Below are positions 31,400-40,091 of a stretch of DNA of 46,608 bases, in pieces. Under the pieces are notes generated by a model. That model saw only the letters and a program-made list of their open reading frames with translations. It did not search any database and had not been told where the DNA came from. Position 1 is the stretch's first letter, and every line of letters starts with the position of its first letter. Both the position numbers and the translations under genes were made by a program. The stretch comes from Candidatus Micrarchaeota archaeon (GTDB lineage: Archaea > Micrarchaeota > Micrarchaeia > Norongarragalinales > UBA8480): NCBI GenBank assembly GCA_964514805.1, contig CAZERP010000002.1:1-46608 (forward strand). Direction: 5' to 3'.

Positions 31400-32074
31400 A
31401 TGGTTGTTGATTGGAAGAAGGCTATTGATGGTTATTTGAATGCTAGTCGTAAGCCTGGAAGAATACTTGAGGATCATGTTTTTTCTCCGTCTATGATTGG
31501 CACGTGTCTTAGGCAGAGTACGTTGAATAAGTTGGGTTTGAAAGAGTTTGATGTTGATAGCTTGGCGAATTTTGAAGCGGGGACTATGCTTCACGAGTGG
31601 ATTTCAAACGTGGGCGCTACTAGTGAGTTTAAACTCGAGTTCGAAAAAGAAATTACTCTCGAGGTAGACGCATTAAAGTTTCATGGTTTTGTTGACTGCT
31701 TTGATGGTGAAGTTGTGTACGAGTTTAAGACTACGGGCGATGTTGAAAAGGCAATTGCGTGGTGGCCAAATGAAACGTACATCCGGCAAGTTACGGTTTA
31801 CTTAAAAGCGCTGAATGTACATAAAGCACGTGTCGTGTTTATTTCTAAGACTAGAATTAATGATGTACGTGAGATTGACGTTTTTTACAGCAGTGAAAAG
31901 TTTAGAGAAGTAGTTGACTTTTGTACTGCGGTTATGAATGCAGTGAAAAATTATAAAGAATCAAAAACACTCCCCGCAATTTGTGGTAAGTGTTTTGATT
32001 GTCGTAAAGAACAAATTGAAATGAATCGAGATGAACTTAAAATTAAAGGTAAGTCCACTCAATTCACTTTGTAG
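31400..32074 (+). CDS. Cas4/RecB-like PD-(D/E)xK nuclease with Cys cluster, stand-alone
   Basis: 224 aa. It has an N-terminal Cys in 'SPSMIGTCLRQSTL', 'GTMLHEW', the nuclease core 'HGFVDCFDGEVVYEFKT', 'YIRQVTVYLKAL' and the C-terminal 'CGKCFDC'. That gives the 1+3 Cys arrangement of Cas4/AddB-type Fe-S nucleases. Confidence 0.65.
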   Translation: MVVDWKKAIDGYLNASRKPGRILEDHVFSPSMIGTCLRQSTLNKLGLKEFDVDSLANFEAGTMLHEWISNVGATSEFKLEFEKEITLEVDALKFHGFVDCFDGEVVYEFKTTGDVEKAIAWWPNETYIRQVTVYLKALNVHKARVVFISKTRINDVREIDVFYSSEKFREVVDFCTAVMNAVKNYKESKTLPAICGKCFDCRKEQIEMNRDELKIKGKSTQFTL

Positions 32075-32075
32075 T

Positions 32076-32705
32076 TTATTTTGTTTGGAATGTTTGAAGC
32101 ATTGCGTCTACTTTTTGTTTAGTTGTTGAGTCGTTTTCTTTGTATAGCGCGCTTATTCCAAATGTAGTTGAGCCTTTGTTGAATAGATAGTCGGTTTGTG
32201 TTGTTCCTTTTAGCGCTGAGGCAGTTATTTGGAACGTAGCTTTTACTGCGGTTTGTCCTTGGAATTGTACTTCTTCGTTTGATATTACGGTTACGTAGTC
32301 GTTTGCTTTGTTGAGTTCAATGACGTGCATTTCTTTTAGTGTAGGCGGCGCTCTTGTAGTATACGTTTGATAGGATATGGTTAGTCCGGTTAGTTCGCCG
32401 TCTATTTGTTCTACTGGTGTGAATATTACTTCTTTTAGGTTTGACGTGTCATCGTTTAGTTCTTCAAATTTCCAGTCTGCAGGGTATTGTATGGAAAACG
32501 CTGCAGAGTCGTAAGTTAGTGTTTTACTTTCGCTTTGAGTCGCACTGGTTTGAGTAGTTGTGTTGGTTTGAGTGTTTGGAGTGTTTGAGTTAGGGAGTGG
32601 AGTTGAGTTTAGCGTGTTTTGTTCTACTGGCGCGGCGGGTGAGTTTAAACAGCCGAGTAATAGAACTGAAACTAGTAATATTGAAATTAGGGCGTATATT
32701 TTCAT
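32076..32705 (-). CDS. secreted lipoprotein-like protein
   Basis: The signal peptide has a lipobox-like 'VLLLGC'. A T/N/Q/S-rich linker is followed by a globular domain ('FSIQYPADWKFEE...'). 209 aa. Confidence 0.6.
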   Translation of the reverse strand: MKIYALISILLVSVLLLGCLNSPAAPVEQNTLNSTPLPNSNTPNTQTNTTTQTSATQSESKTLTYDSAAFSIQYPADWKFEELNDDTSNLKEVIFTPVEQIDGELTGLTISYQTYTTRAPPTLKEMHVIELNKANDYVTVISNEEVQFQGQTAVKATFQITASALKGTTQTDYLFNKGSTTFGISALYKENDSTTKQKVDAMLQTFQTK

Positions 32706-32791
32706 TAAAAAAACCTCTTTTTAGTTGTTTGTAATTTAAGAGAAGAGCAGTAGAGTATTAAAATTATGCTAAAAAAAAGGGGGAAGAAGGG

Positions 32792-34027
32792 TTATTTCTT
32801 TTTGGTTAGAAATACGTAGCCTGCAATTAGTATTATTACTAGCGCCGCGGTTGCTGCGATTACTATTGAGTTATCTACGCCTGGAACTATTGGCGCTGAG
32901 TTAATTAGCGTAGTCGCGTTTTGTTGGGCGTTTGCGTTGCTGGCGTTGTTTGGTTTGGAAACGTCTGGCTGTACGTTAACGTTTATGCTTACGTTTGCAG
33001 GTCCTTGAGCGGCTGGAGCTGCGGGTGCGACTGCTCCTCCGTTTGAGCTTGAACCGCTGCTTGATCCGGATCCGCCTGAACTTGAAGAACCAGAACCACC
33101 TTGAGCGTTACCAGCTGCATTAGCACCTTGTGCGTTTAACCCGCCGGGGTTTTGGTTTATCGCAGGTTGTTGACATACGCTAGTGTTAGTAACTGCATAT
33201 AAGCAGTAGCTTCCATCTGCGTTTACTAATCCATTTTCGTAGAGGCAGTTTTGGTGTATGGCGTCGAGTACGCTTTGGTCTATTCCGGCTAATCCGCCAT
33301 ATATTACGTAATACATTGCAGCTTCAGTACATGCGCCTGAGACGGGGACTGGGCGTCCTTGTGCGTTTAGTATGGTTCCTTCTAGCCATGAGTAGTTTAG
33401 TTTATCCATCATGCTGCGAATCTGTTCTACTTGTAGTTGTGCGCCGGTGGGTTTTACTAAAAATCCTACTTTGCACATGTCTTGTGATAGTTTTGGCGTG
33501 CAAGTGTTGACGTAGATGTCGAGTGCTTGTTGGGCTTGTGATACGTTTATGAGGGTGCCGTTTATTTTGAGGGCTGCTTGGTTTATTTGAACTGCCGCGC
33601 GGGGGTTTGCGTTGGGCTCAGTTGTTACGAAGTTTCTGAGTGTTGCATTGCACCAGCCGTTTTGAGCACAGTATACGATAGAATACCAGTAGTTTACTCC
33701 TGGAGATAGTCCAGTTACCCGTACGGAATGGTTTATTGCAAAAGTAGCGTTGTTAGCTCTAAAGTCGACTATTTGTGGCGGCGCTGCGGGGTTGGGGTTG
33801 TTTCTAAAAACGACTAGTGATGCGTTTGTTTGTGGTAGTGTGTCCCAGATTAGGTTTACGTAGTTGCTGTGTATTTGTTCGTATAAGTGTGTCATTTCTG
33901 GTGGCGCTAAGTTAATTTGACCATTTAAGTCAACAACTGGGTTTAATTGGAAGTTAAAATTACTCGGAGCGGCACTAGTTGCGCCGACTAAAAGTAATAA
34001 CAAAAGGGTTAGGTTTATAATTTTCAT
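32792..34027 (-). CDS. surface protein: signal peptide, FN3-like domain, G/S-rich linker, C-terminal TM anchor
   Basis: 411 aa. 'LIWDTLPQTNASLVVF...HSVRVTGLSPGVNYWYSIVYCAQNGWCN' parallels the FN3-like module of the two giant proteins. It also has 'GGSGSSSSGGSGSSSGSSS' and the C-terminal anchor 'IVIAATAALVIILIAGYVFLTKKK'. Confidence 0.65.
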   Translation of the reverse strand: MKIINLTLLLLLLVGATSAAPSNFNFQLNPVVDLNGQINLAPPEMTHLYEQIHSNYVNLIWDTLPQTNASLVVFRNNPNPAAPPQIVDFRANNATFAINHSVRVTGLSPGVNYWYSIVYCAQNGWCNATLRNFVTTEPNANPRAAVQINQAALKINGTLINVSQAQQALDIYVNTCTPKLSQDMCKVGFLVKPTGAQLQVEQIRSMMDKLNYSWLEGTILNAQGRPVPVSGACTEAAMYYVIYGGLAGIDQSVLDAIHQNCLYENGLVNADGSYCLYAVTNTSVCQQPAINQNPGGLNAQGANAAGNAQGGSGSSSSGGSGSSSGSSSNGGAVAPAAPAAQGPANVSINVNVQPDVSKPNNASNANAQQNATTLINSAPIVPGVDNSIVIAATAALVIILIAGYVFLTKKK

Positions 34028-34144
34028 AATAAAATACGGACCTCAATAGAAGAAAAAGGTTTACACTAAGAAAAAAATAACATTTATTTTCAAAAATTGT
34101 TAGCAGAAGTTGTTAGAAAGGGAATAAAGTGAGTTGAAAAAAGT

Positions 34145-34450
34145 TTAGTTTAGTGTCATTTCGACGTGTACTGAGTATGGGATTCTTATTCTCATTACTT
34201 CTCTTAGTACGCGATCATCAGCTTCGATTTCGATTAAACGCTTGTGTACTCTTAGTTCCCATTTTTCGTAGGTGTCTGATCCATCTCCACATGGAGTCTT
34301 TCTGGTAGAGATTTTTAATTTCTTTGTTGGAAGGGGAATTGGTCCTTTTAGTGGCACGCCTGTGCGTTTTGCGATTTCGTTTATTTGTTGGCAGACTTGG
34401 TCTAAGTCCTCAACTTGTCTTGATTCTAGTTTAATACGTGCCTTACTCAT
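34145..34450 (-). CDS. rps10: 30S ribosomal protein S10
   Basis: 'MSKARIKLESR...VCQQINEIAKRTGVPLKGPIPLPTKKL..TRKTPCGDGSDTYEKWELRVHKRLIEI'. I prefer the ATG at 34450 over the track TTG at 34459. It lies downstream of tuf, as in the conserved operon. Confidence 0.95.
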   Translation of the reverse strand: MSKARIKLESRQVEDLDQVCQQINEIAKRTGVPLKGPIPLPTKKLKISTRKTPCGDGSDTYEKWELRVHKRLIEIEADDRVLREVMRIRIPYSVHVEMTLN

Positions 34451-34573
34451 AAAAATCAACTTATAAGCTTAATTCCCGAATTGTTGCTTTTCTTACTTTT
34501 TTTAATGTTTCCCAAAAGTTGGGAAAAAAAGAAAAAAATTAGTTGTAGAAAAGAAAAAGGGGAAGAAAGGTAT

Positions 34574-35845
34574 TTATACCTTTCTTGGTGTTACGTCGAG
34601 GATTACTCCTGCTGCGACGGTTTGTCCCATATCACGCATTGCAAATCTACCTAGTGCTGGGTAGTCGCTGAATTTTTCTGCGCATACTGCTTTGGTTGGT
34701 TTGATTCTAACTACTGCAACGTCTCCAGTTTTGATGAAGTCTGGGTTCTTTTGTGCTGTTGCACCGGTTTTAGGATCTTTCTTTTCGATTATTTCAGTGA
34801 TTGTGCATGCGATTTGGGCTGTGTGCAAGTGGAAGACTGGTGTGTAGTTCTTTCCGATTGCGGTTGGGTGGTTTAGTACTACGATTTGTGCTGTGAATTC
34901 TTCGACTACTAGAGGTGGTTTGTCTGGTGATCCGACTACTGATCCTCTTTTGATTGCTTTTTTGTCGATTCCTTTTACGGTGAATCCGATGTTGTCTCCT
35001 GGTACTGCTTCTGGGATTGATTGGTGGTGCATTTCGATTGATTTTACTTCACCGATTACTCCTTCTGGCATTACGATTACTTTGCTGTTTGGTTTGAGGA
35101 TTCCTGCTTCAACACGTCCTACTGGTACTGTTCCTTGTCCAGTGATTGTGAAGACTTCTTGGAGTGGGATTCTTAGTGGTTTGTCGGTTGGTTTCTTTGG
35201 TTCGATTAAGTTGTCGAATGCTTGTACGAGTGTTACTCCGTCGTACCATGCCATGTTTGTTGATTTTTTGGCGATGTTGTCTCCGCCGTATGCTGAGTAT
35301 GGGATGAATGGAATTGTTTCGGTTTTGTATCCCATTGGTTTGAGTTTTGCTACGAGTGCTGCTTTGGTTTCTTCGTATTTTGCTTTGTCGTAGTTTACTG
35401 CGTCCATCTTGTTGATTCCGATGATGAATTGTTGTACTCCGAGTACTTTGAGAAGGAAGGCGTGTTCGATTGTTTGTGCTTGGATTCCGTCTTTTGCTGA
35501 GCATACGATGACTGCTGCGTCTGCTTGTGATGCTCCAGTGATCATGTTTTTGACGAAGTCTTTGTGACCTGGTGCGTCGATGATGGTGAAGTAGTATTTT
35601 TGTGTGTGGAAGTCTTTGTGTGCGATGTCAATGGTTACTCCTCTTTCTCTTTCTTCTTTGAGTTGGTCCATTGCGAAGGCGAATTCGAATGTTGCTTTTC
35701 CGAGTTTGGCTGCTTCTTCTTTGAGTTTGCGCATTGTGTTTTCGTCAATTGCGCCAGTGTCGTATAAGATTCTTCCGACTGTGGTTGATTTTCCGTGGTC
35801 GACGTGACCAGTGAAAATTAAGTTTAAGTGTGGTTTTGCTGCCAT
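34574..35845 (-). CDS. tuf: translation elongation factor EF-1alpha
   Basis: 'GHVDHGKST', 'DAPGHKDF', 'NKMD', 'SAYGGDN'. 423 aa, full length. Confidence 0.97.
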   Translation of the reverse strand: MAAKPHLNLIFTGHVDHGKSTTVGRILYDTGAIDENTMRKLKEEAAKLGKATFEFAFAMDQLKEERERGVTIDIAHKDFHTQKYYFTIIDAPGHKDFVKNMITGASQADAAVIVCSAKDGIQAQTIEHAFLLKVLGVQQFIIGINKMDAVNYDKAKYEETKAALVAKLKPMGYKTETIPFIPYSAYGGDNIAKKSTNMAWYDGVTLVQAFDNLIEPKKPTDKPLRIPLQEVFTITGQGTVPVGRVEAGILKPNSKVIVMPEGVIGEVKSIEMHHQSIPEAVPGDNIGFTVKGIDKKAIKRGSVVGSPDKPPLVVEEFTAQIVVLNHPTAIGKNYTPVFHLHTAQIACTITEIIEKKDPKTGATAQKNPDFIKTGDVAVVRIKPTKAVCAEKFSDYPALGRFAMRDMGQTVAAGVILDVTPRKV

Positions 35846-35857
35846 TGTTTTTATAAT

Positions 35858-35863
35858 TCACCT
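35858..35863 (-). promoter_or_regulatory. Shine-Dalgarno-like site (aggtga) for tuf
   Basis: The complement of tcacct lies 12 nt upstream of the tuf ATG. Confidence 0.45.
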
Positions 35864-36111
35864 ATGTTTTTTAACATTTATTTGTTTTTTTCAAAGTTTC
35901 AACTGTCGTACTGTACAGTTGTTGAATATTACTTTTTTTTGAACTTTCGTAGTTTTTTTGTTCTTTGGTTTTAAACGGTTTTTTTAGAAATAGCTATGTT
36001 AAGCCAATAACCTAGTCGATTGTACTACGTAGTTTGATTTTCGTATATAGTATTTATTCGAGTTTAGGTTTAAAAACATTACTCTTTAGAAGAGAAAGGG
36101 AAAAAAGGGAG

Positions 36112-38580
36112 TTAGAATAGTTTTTTGCCGGGTGGTTTTCTTGCTAGAGGGTATTTTGGCGCGGCGGTTCTTGTTTTCCAGTAGACTAGTCCTGCGATTA
36201 TTACTATTACTACTACTGCGATTGGTATTAGTGGTAGTTGGCTTGTGTTTGGTAGTACTATGTTTTGTGCTAGGTCTGTTGAGTTGGTGTTGTTTGTGTT
36301 TGTTGCGTTTGCAGCAGTGGTTTTTACTGTTGTTGGCGTGGTTGCTTTGGGTGGAGTGTATTGTGTTATATCTAGTACTATGTTTTTGCCGGTTATTGAT
36401 ATTAGTTTGAGTTTTATGTCATCTTGTTTGTCGCCGGTTACATCATAGGTTTTTTCTTCTCCTGTTGCGAGTGTTACGTCAAATGGAGTGGATGCGAGGG
36501 TTAGTGTTACTTTTCCGGTTTCTATTTTCTTGACTTGTATTCTGTGTTGTTCTTTTTGGTGTGTGTAGAGTAGTATTCCCTTGTCTCCGATTTGTGTTCT
36601 TCTTGTTTCTTTGTGTGAGTCGAAGTCTGGTAGTGTTCCTACTTTGTTTTCTGCGATTGTTAGGGCGATTGTTGGGTTGTTTGTGGCACTGGTGGTTGAT
36701 GCGCTTGCGCCGCTGCTTCCGCCTGAGCTTGAGGTGGTTGAGCTTGCTGCGCTGGTTGTGATTGTGTATGGTCCGGTTGTGTTGCAGTTTCCTGATGTGT
36801 CGCAGCTGGTTACGTTGTAGTAGTATAGTGTTGATGAGTCTAGGCCTGATGCGGATCTTGAGTGTGCAGTGTCGTTTTCTGAGTTTGATGATGTTCCGTC
36901 TAGTAGTGCGGTTGTGTCTCCGTATTTTAGTGTTGAGTTTGCTGGTTCGTTTGTTGTCCAGGCGATTGTGAAGCCGCTTGATGATGTTGAGCTGTTTGTG
37001 ACTGCGGTGATTTGGGGTGCAGTTGTGTCTCGTGTGAAGGTGTACATTGTGGAGGCTAAGTTGCCGCTTGTGTCGTTTGCGTAGATTGTGATGTTTTGGT
37101 TTGTTCCGGTTGTTATTGTTGCGGTGGTTTGGTTTGTTGTTGCGTTTACGCATCCTGCTACTGAGACGTTTGTTGTTTTGTTGATTGAGTACCAGCATGA
37201 GTGTAGTGCTGTTTCGTCTGTTACTGAGAAGTTTATGGTTAGTGTTGCGCTTGTTTGGTTGGTGTTGTTTACGGGTAGGTTTATTGTTATTACTGGCGCG
37301 GTTGTGTCTGGTATTGTTAGTGCGATTGTGCTGGTTTGGTATGCTCCTTGGTATGGTGCTTGTAGTATTAGATATGTTTGGTTTGTTGCGGTTGAGTTGG
37401 TGGCGTTGATTGTTACGTTGCTGAAGTTGAATGTTCCGGTTGAGTTGACGCGTAGTGCGGTGATGTTGAATAGTGCTGATTTGGTTGTGGTGTTTAGTGA
37501 TTGTATGGAGTAGTTTGTGACTGTAACGTTGGCATCTAAGTTTGTTGTAGTTACGTTTAGTGGTTGTATTACGTATAGGTTTGAGCTTGATTCTGAGATT
37601 GCAGTTATGTTGCGAGTGCTTAGTGTTGAGTTGTATAGTGTTACGTTTGAGGCGTTGCCGATTGTTAGGTTTCCGTAAGTTATAGTTATTGTTTCGAGGG
37701 TCATTGGGCATTGGGCATTGATTGCTGCTGTGCCCCCGGTTGAGTTGAAGATTGTGTTGTAGGCATTTAGGCGTCCTCCTGCGCAGTGTGCTGCGGGGAT
37801 TGAGGTGAATTGTCCGTATATGCCTGAGTTGTATAGGTTGGTTGTTCCGTCGTTTATTTTGATTACTGATCCGCTGTTTCCGTAGTGTGATCCGGTCATG
37901 TTGGTTACTGTGAGGTTTGATTGTGAGGTTAGTGCGGTTGCTGCGCCTCCTGCGTTTACGTATCCTGTGAAGTTTGTTATGTTTACGTTGTTGGATCTTA
38001 GTGCGTAGATTAGTTTTGCTCCGTTAGTTGATGTGTTTCCTGTGATGTCGGTTAGTGTTGAGTTGTATACTCCGTTTGCGCCTAGTTCTATTCCTATTGC
38101 GGGGGTGTTTGTTGGGCGTACGGTTATGAGTGTTAGGTTTGCGTTAGTTACGTTGTTTAGGTATATTCCTTCTGTTCCATTGACGGTTACGTTGTATATT
38201 GTGATGTTTTGTATTTCGTTTCCTGAGTTGTTTACTAGTATTGAGTATGCTGAAAAGCCGTCGATTCCCTCTCCGAGTTCGCAGTTTTGTAGTGTGACGT
38301 TTGATGAGTTTGTTGCGATTCCTATTTCGGTTGCGTTAAAGGAGCTGTAGTTTATTCTGTATCCTGCGCAGTTTAGTACGACGTCGTTTGTTGTAATATT
38401 AACACATGCAGTTGGGTTGATTCCTGATTCTCCGCTTGACCCATCACTAGTTAGATGTCCAGATAGTGTATACACGCCAGGGGTTGTTATTTCTCCGCAG
38501 GTTAAGGGAAATATGGCATTTGCGGAATTTGTTAGTATTATTAGGAGGGTTAGGGAAAGTAGTACTGCTAGTTTTTTCAA
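36112..38580 (-). CDS. large surface (glyco)protein: signal peptide, parallel beta-helix (PbH1/NosD-like) repeats, FN3-like domain, C-terminal TM anchor
   Basis: 822 aa. 'CGEITTPGVYTLSGHL...CVNITTNDVVLNCAGYRI' is followed by repeats of the 'NVTLQNC..G..GI.L' type and very many N-x-S/T sequons. The FN3-like module reads 'IAWTTNEPANSTLKYGDTT..HSRSASGLDSSTLYYYNVTSCDTSGNCNTTGPY'. The anchor is 'LIPIAVVVIVIIAGLVYW'. Only a TTG start is available, because an in-frame stop lies just upstream. Confidence 0.75.
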   Translation of the reverse strand: MKKLAVLLSLTLLIILTNSANAIFPLTCGEITTPGVYTLSGHLTSDGSSGESGINPTACVNITTNDVVLNCAGYRINYSSFNATEIGIATNSSNVTLQNCELGEGIDGFSAYSILVNNSGNEIQNITIYNVTVNGTEGIYLNNVTNANLTLITVRPTNTPAIGIELGANGVYNSTLTDITGNTSTNGAKLIYALRSNNVNITNFTGYVNAGGAATALTSQSNLTVTNMTGSHYGNSGSVIKINDGTTNLYNSGIYGQFTSIPAAHCAGGRLNAYNTIFNSTGGTAAINAQCPMTLETITITYGNLTIGNASNVTLYNSTLSTRNITAISESSSNLYVIQPLNVTTTNLDANVTVTNYSIQSLNTTTKSALFNITALRVNSTGTFNFSNVTINATNSTATNQTYLILQAPYQGAYQTSTIALTIPDTTAPVITINLPVNNTNQTSATLTINFSVTDETALHSCWYSINKTTNVSVAGCVNATTNQTTATITTGTNQNITIYANDTSGNLASTMYTFTRDTTAPQITAVTNSSTSSSGFTIAWTTNEPANSTLKYGDTTALLDGTSSNSENDTAHSRSASGLDSSTLYYYNVTSCDTSGNCNTTGPYTITTSAASSTTSSSGGSSGASASTTSATNNPTIALTIAENKVGTLPDFDSHKETRRTQIGDKGILLYTHQKEQHRIQVKKIETGKVTLTLASTPFDVTLATGEEKTYDVTGDKQDDIKLKLISITGKNIVLDITQYTPPKATTPTTVKTTAANATNTNNTNSTDLAQNIVLPNTSQLPLIPIAVVVIVIIAGLVYWKTRTAAPKYPLARKPPGKKLF

Positions 38581-38672
38581 ATTTCTAATTTTTCACACTC
38601 TAAGGGGTTATTTTTTTGTTTTAGTTATTAACGGGATGGGCTTTATATTTTTTGTGCGCGGGTTTTTTGTAG

Positions 38673-39143
38673 TTAAATAGTTTGTGGTTGGATTTGGTTT
38701 TCGCAGTATTGGCATTGTAGTTGTAAGGGTTGTTTGTTTTTGACTATTGCTGTGCATTGTAGGTCGCGTTCGTATTTTGTTATGCAGTTTGCGTTTTGGC
38801 AGTCGATTACTCCGGTTATTTCGTTTGGTAGTTCTACGTTGAATTTTTTGATGACTTGTTCGTTTTCGATTATGTTTACTGTGGCTTGTGGCGCGAAGAG
38901 AGCGATGGTCGCAGTTTGTGTTTCGGTGAGGTAGATGTTTTCTATTTTTAGCATGTCTTTTTTGCCTAGTTTTTTGCTATCTACGTTCATTATTACTGAT
39001 ACTACGTCTTGGTGTGTTTTTGGTAGTTTTAGTATTTGGTATGCGCGCATTGCTGTGCCTGCAGTTAGGTGGTTTAGTACGGTTCCGTTGCGTATTTTTC
39101 TTAGTCTGAATTCTTTTGTGTCATTTTCCATAAGCGTGTTCAC
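38673..39143 (-). CDS. pyrI: aspartate carbamoyltransferase regulatory subunit
   Basis: 'LRKIRNGTVLNHL' plus the Zn domain 'CQNANCIT...CQYCE'. Its start overlaps the pyrB stop (ATGA). Confidence 0.9.
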   Translation of the reverse strand: MNTLMENDTKEFRLRKIRNGTVLNHLTAGTAMRAYQILKLPKTHQDVVSVIMNVDSKKLGKKDMLKIENIYLTETQTATIALFAPQATVNIIENEQVIKKFNVELPNEITGVIDCQNANCITKYERDLQCTAIVKNKQPLQLQCQYCENQIQPQTI

Positions 39144-40024
39144 CCGAGGATTGCGTCTAGTAGCGCCATTCTAACATATACGCCGTCGTTTGCTTGTTTG
39201 AAGTATTTTGCTTTGGGGTTTTTGTCGACTTTGGTATCTATTTCGTTTACGATTGGTAGGGCGTGTAGGATTATGGCGTTTGGTTTTAGTTGGTTTACGA
39301 AGTTTTCAGTGATTAGGTAGGTGTCTTTTAGTCGGTTGTATTCGTTTAGGTCTGTGAATCGTTCTTTTTGTATTCTTGTTGAGTATATTACGTCGCAGTT
39401 TAGTGCCGCGTTTAAGTCCGCGGTTTGTATGTCGTTTTCGCGGGTGTATTTTTGTGGCATTTTGAGTTCTTCTGGTGCTATGAATGTTATTTGTACGTCG
39501 TATAAGCGTAGGGCGGTCGTTAGTGAGTGGAGTACTCGTGAGTATTTTAGGTCGCCGATCATTGCGATTTTGATGCCATCTATTTTACCGAAGTGACTTC
39601 GTATCGCGTAGAGATCTAGCATTGTTTGTGAGGGATGTTGGTTTGCGCCGTCTCCTCCGTTAATTATTGGTATTTTTGATATTAGTGACGCGTATTTTGC
39701 GGCTCCATCTCTTGGGTGTCGCATTACGATTGCGTCTGCGTAGCCATTTACCATTTTGATTGTGTGTGCTAGTGATTCTCCTTTTACTACGCTTGTGGCG
39801 TGGATGTCTGAGAATCCTAGTGTGCTTGCGCCTAGTCGTTGTGCCGCGCTTTCGAATGATAGGCGAGTTCTTGTTGATGGTTCGAAGAATAGTGTGGCGA
39901 TTATTTTTCCGGTGAGTGTTTTTACGTTTTCTTTTTGCAAGTAGTCTGCGCGTTGGAATATTTGTTCGAAGTCTTCTTTTGTAAAATCAGAGATTGTTAT
40001 TACGTGTCTTTTTTTTTGAATCAT
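39140..40024 (-). CDS. pyrB: aspartate carbamoyltransferase catalytic subunit
   Basis: 'FFEPSTRTRLSFE', 'MRHPRDGA', 'NQHPSQTMLDL' and 'ILHALP'. 294 aa. Confidence 0.95.
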   Translation of the reverse strand: MIQKKRHVITISDFTKEDFEQIFQRADYLQKENVKTLTGKIIATLFFEPSTRTRLSFESAAQRLGASTLGFSDIHATSVVKGESLAHTIKMVNGYADAIVMRHPRDGAAKYASLISKIPIINGGDGANQHPSQTMLDLYAIRSHFGKIDGIKIAMIGDLKYSRVLHSLTTALRLYDVQITFIAPEELKMPQKYTRENDIQTADLNAALNCDVIYSTRIQKERFTDLNEYNRLKDTYLITENFVNQLKPNAIILHALPIVNEIDTKVDKNPKAKYFKQANDGVYVRMALLDAILG

Positions 40025-40091
40025 ATTGAGGGCGTCTAAGGTGATAGGCGCGTAGTGTTTTTAAGGAGATCGAAGATTTTTTTGCCTAGCA

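Noticed and set aside
35846-36111. Unusually long (266-nt) spacer upstream of tuf, examined as a possible ncRNA or riboswitch
   Set aside because: It has only a short hairpin (caactgt-N8-acagttg) and AT-rich promoter-like sequence. I recognise no C/D-box, H/ACA or known leader motif.
36479-37711. 410-aa alternative-frame minus-strand ORF (N/R/K/T-rich) and the many Leu/Val/Cys-rich + strand ORFs across 36132-38350 and 40252-43497
   Set aside because: These are frame shadows of the compositionally extreme (A/C-rich mRNA) surface-protein genes. Their translations are low-complexity with no domain features, whereas the long frames have signal peptides, beta-helix rungs and TM anchors.
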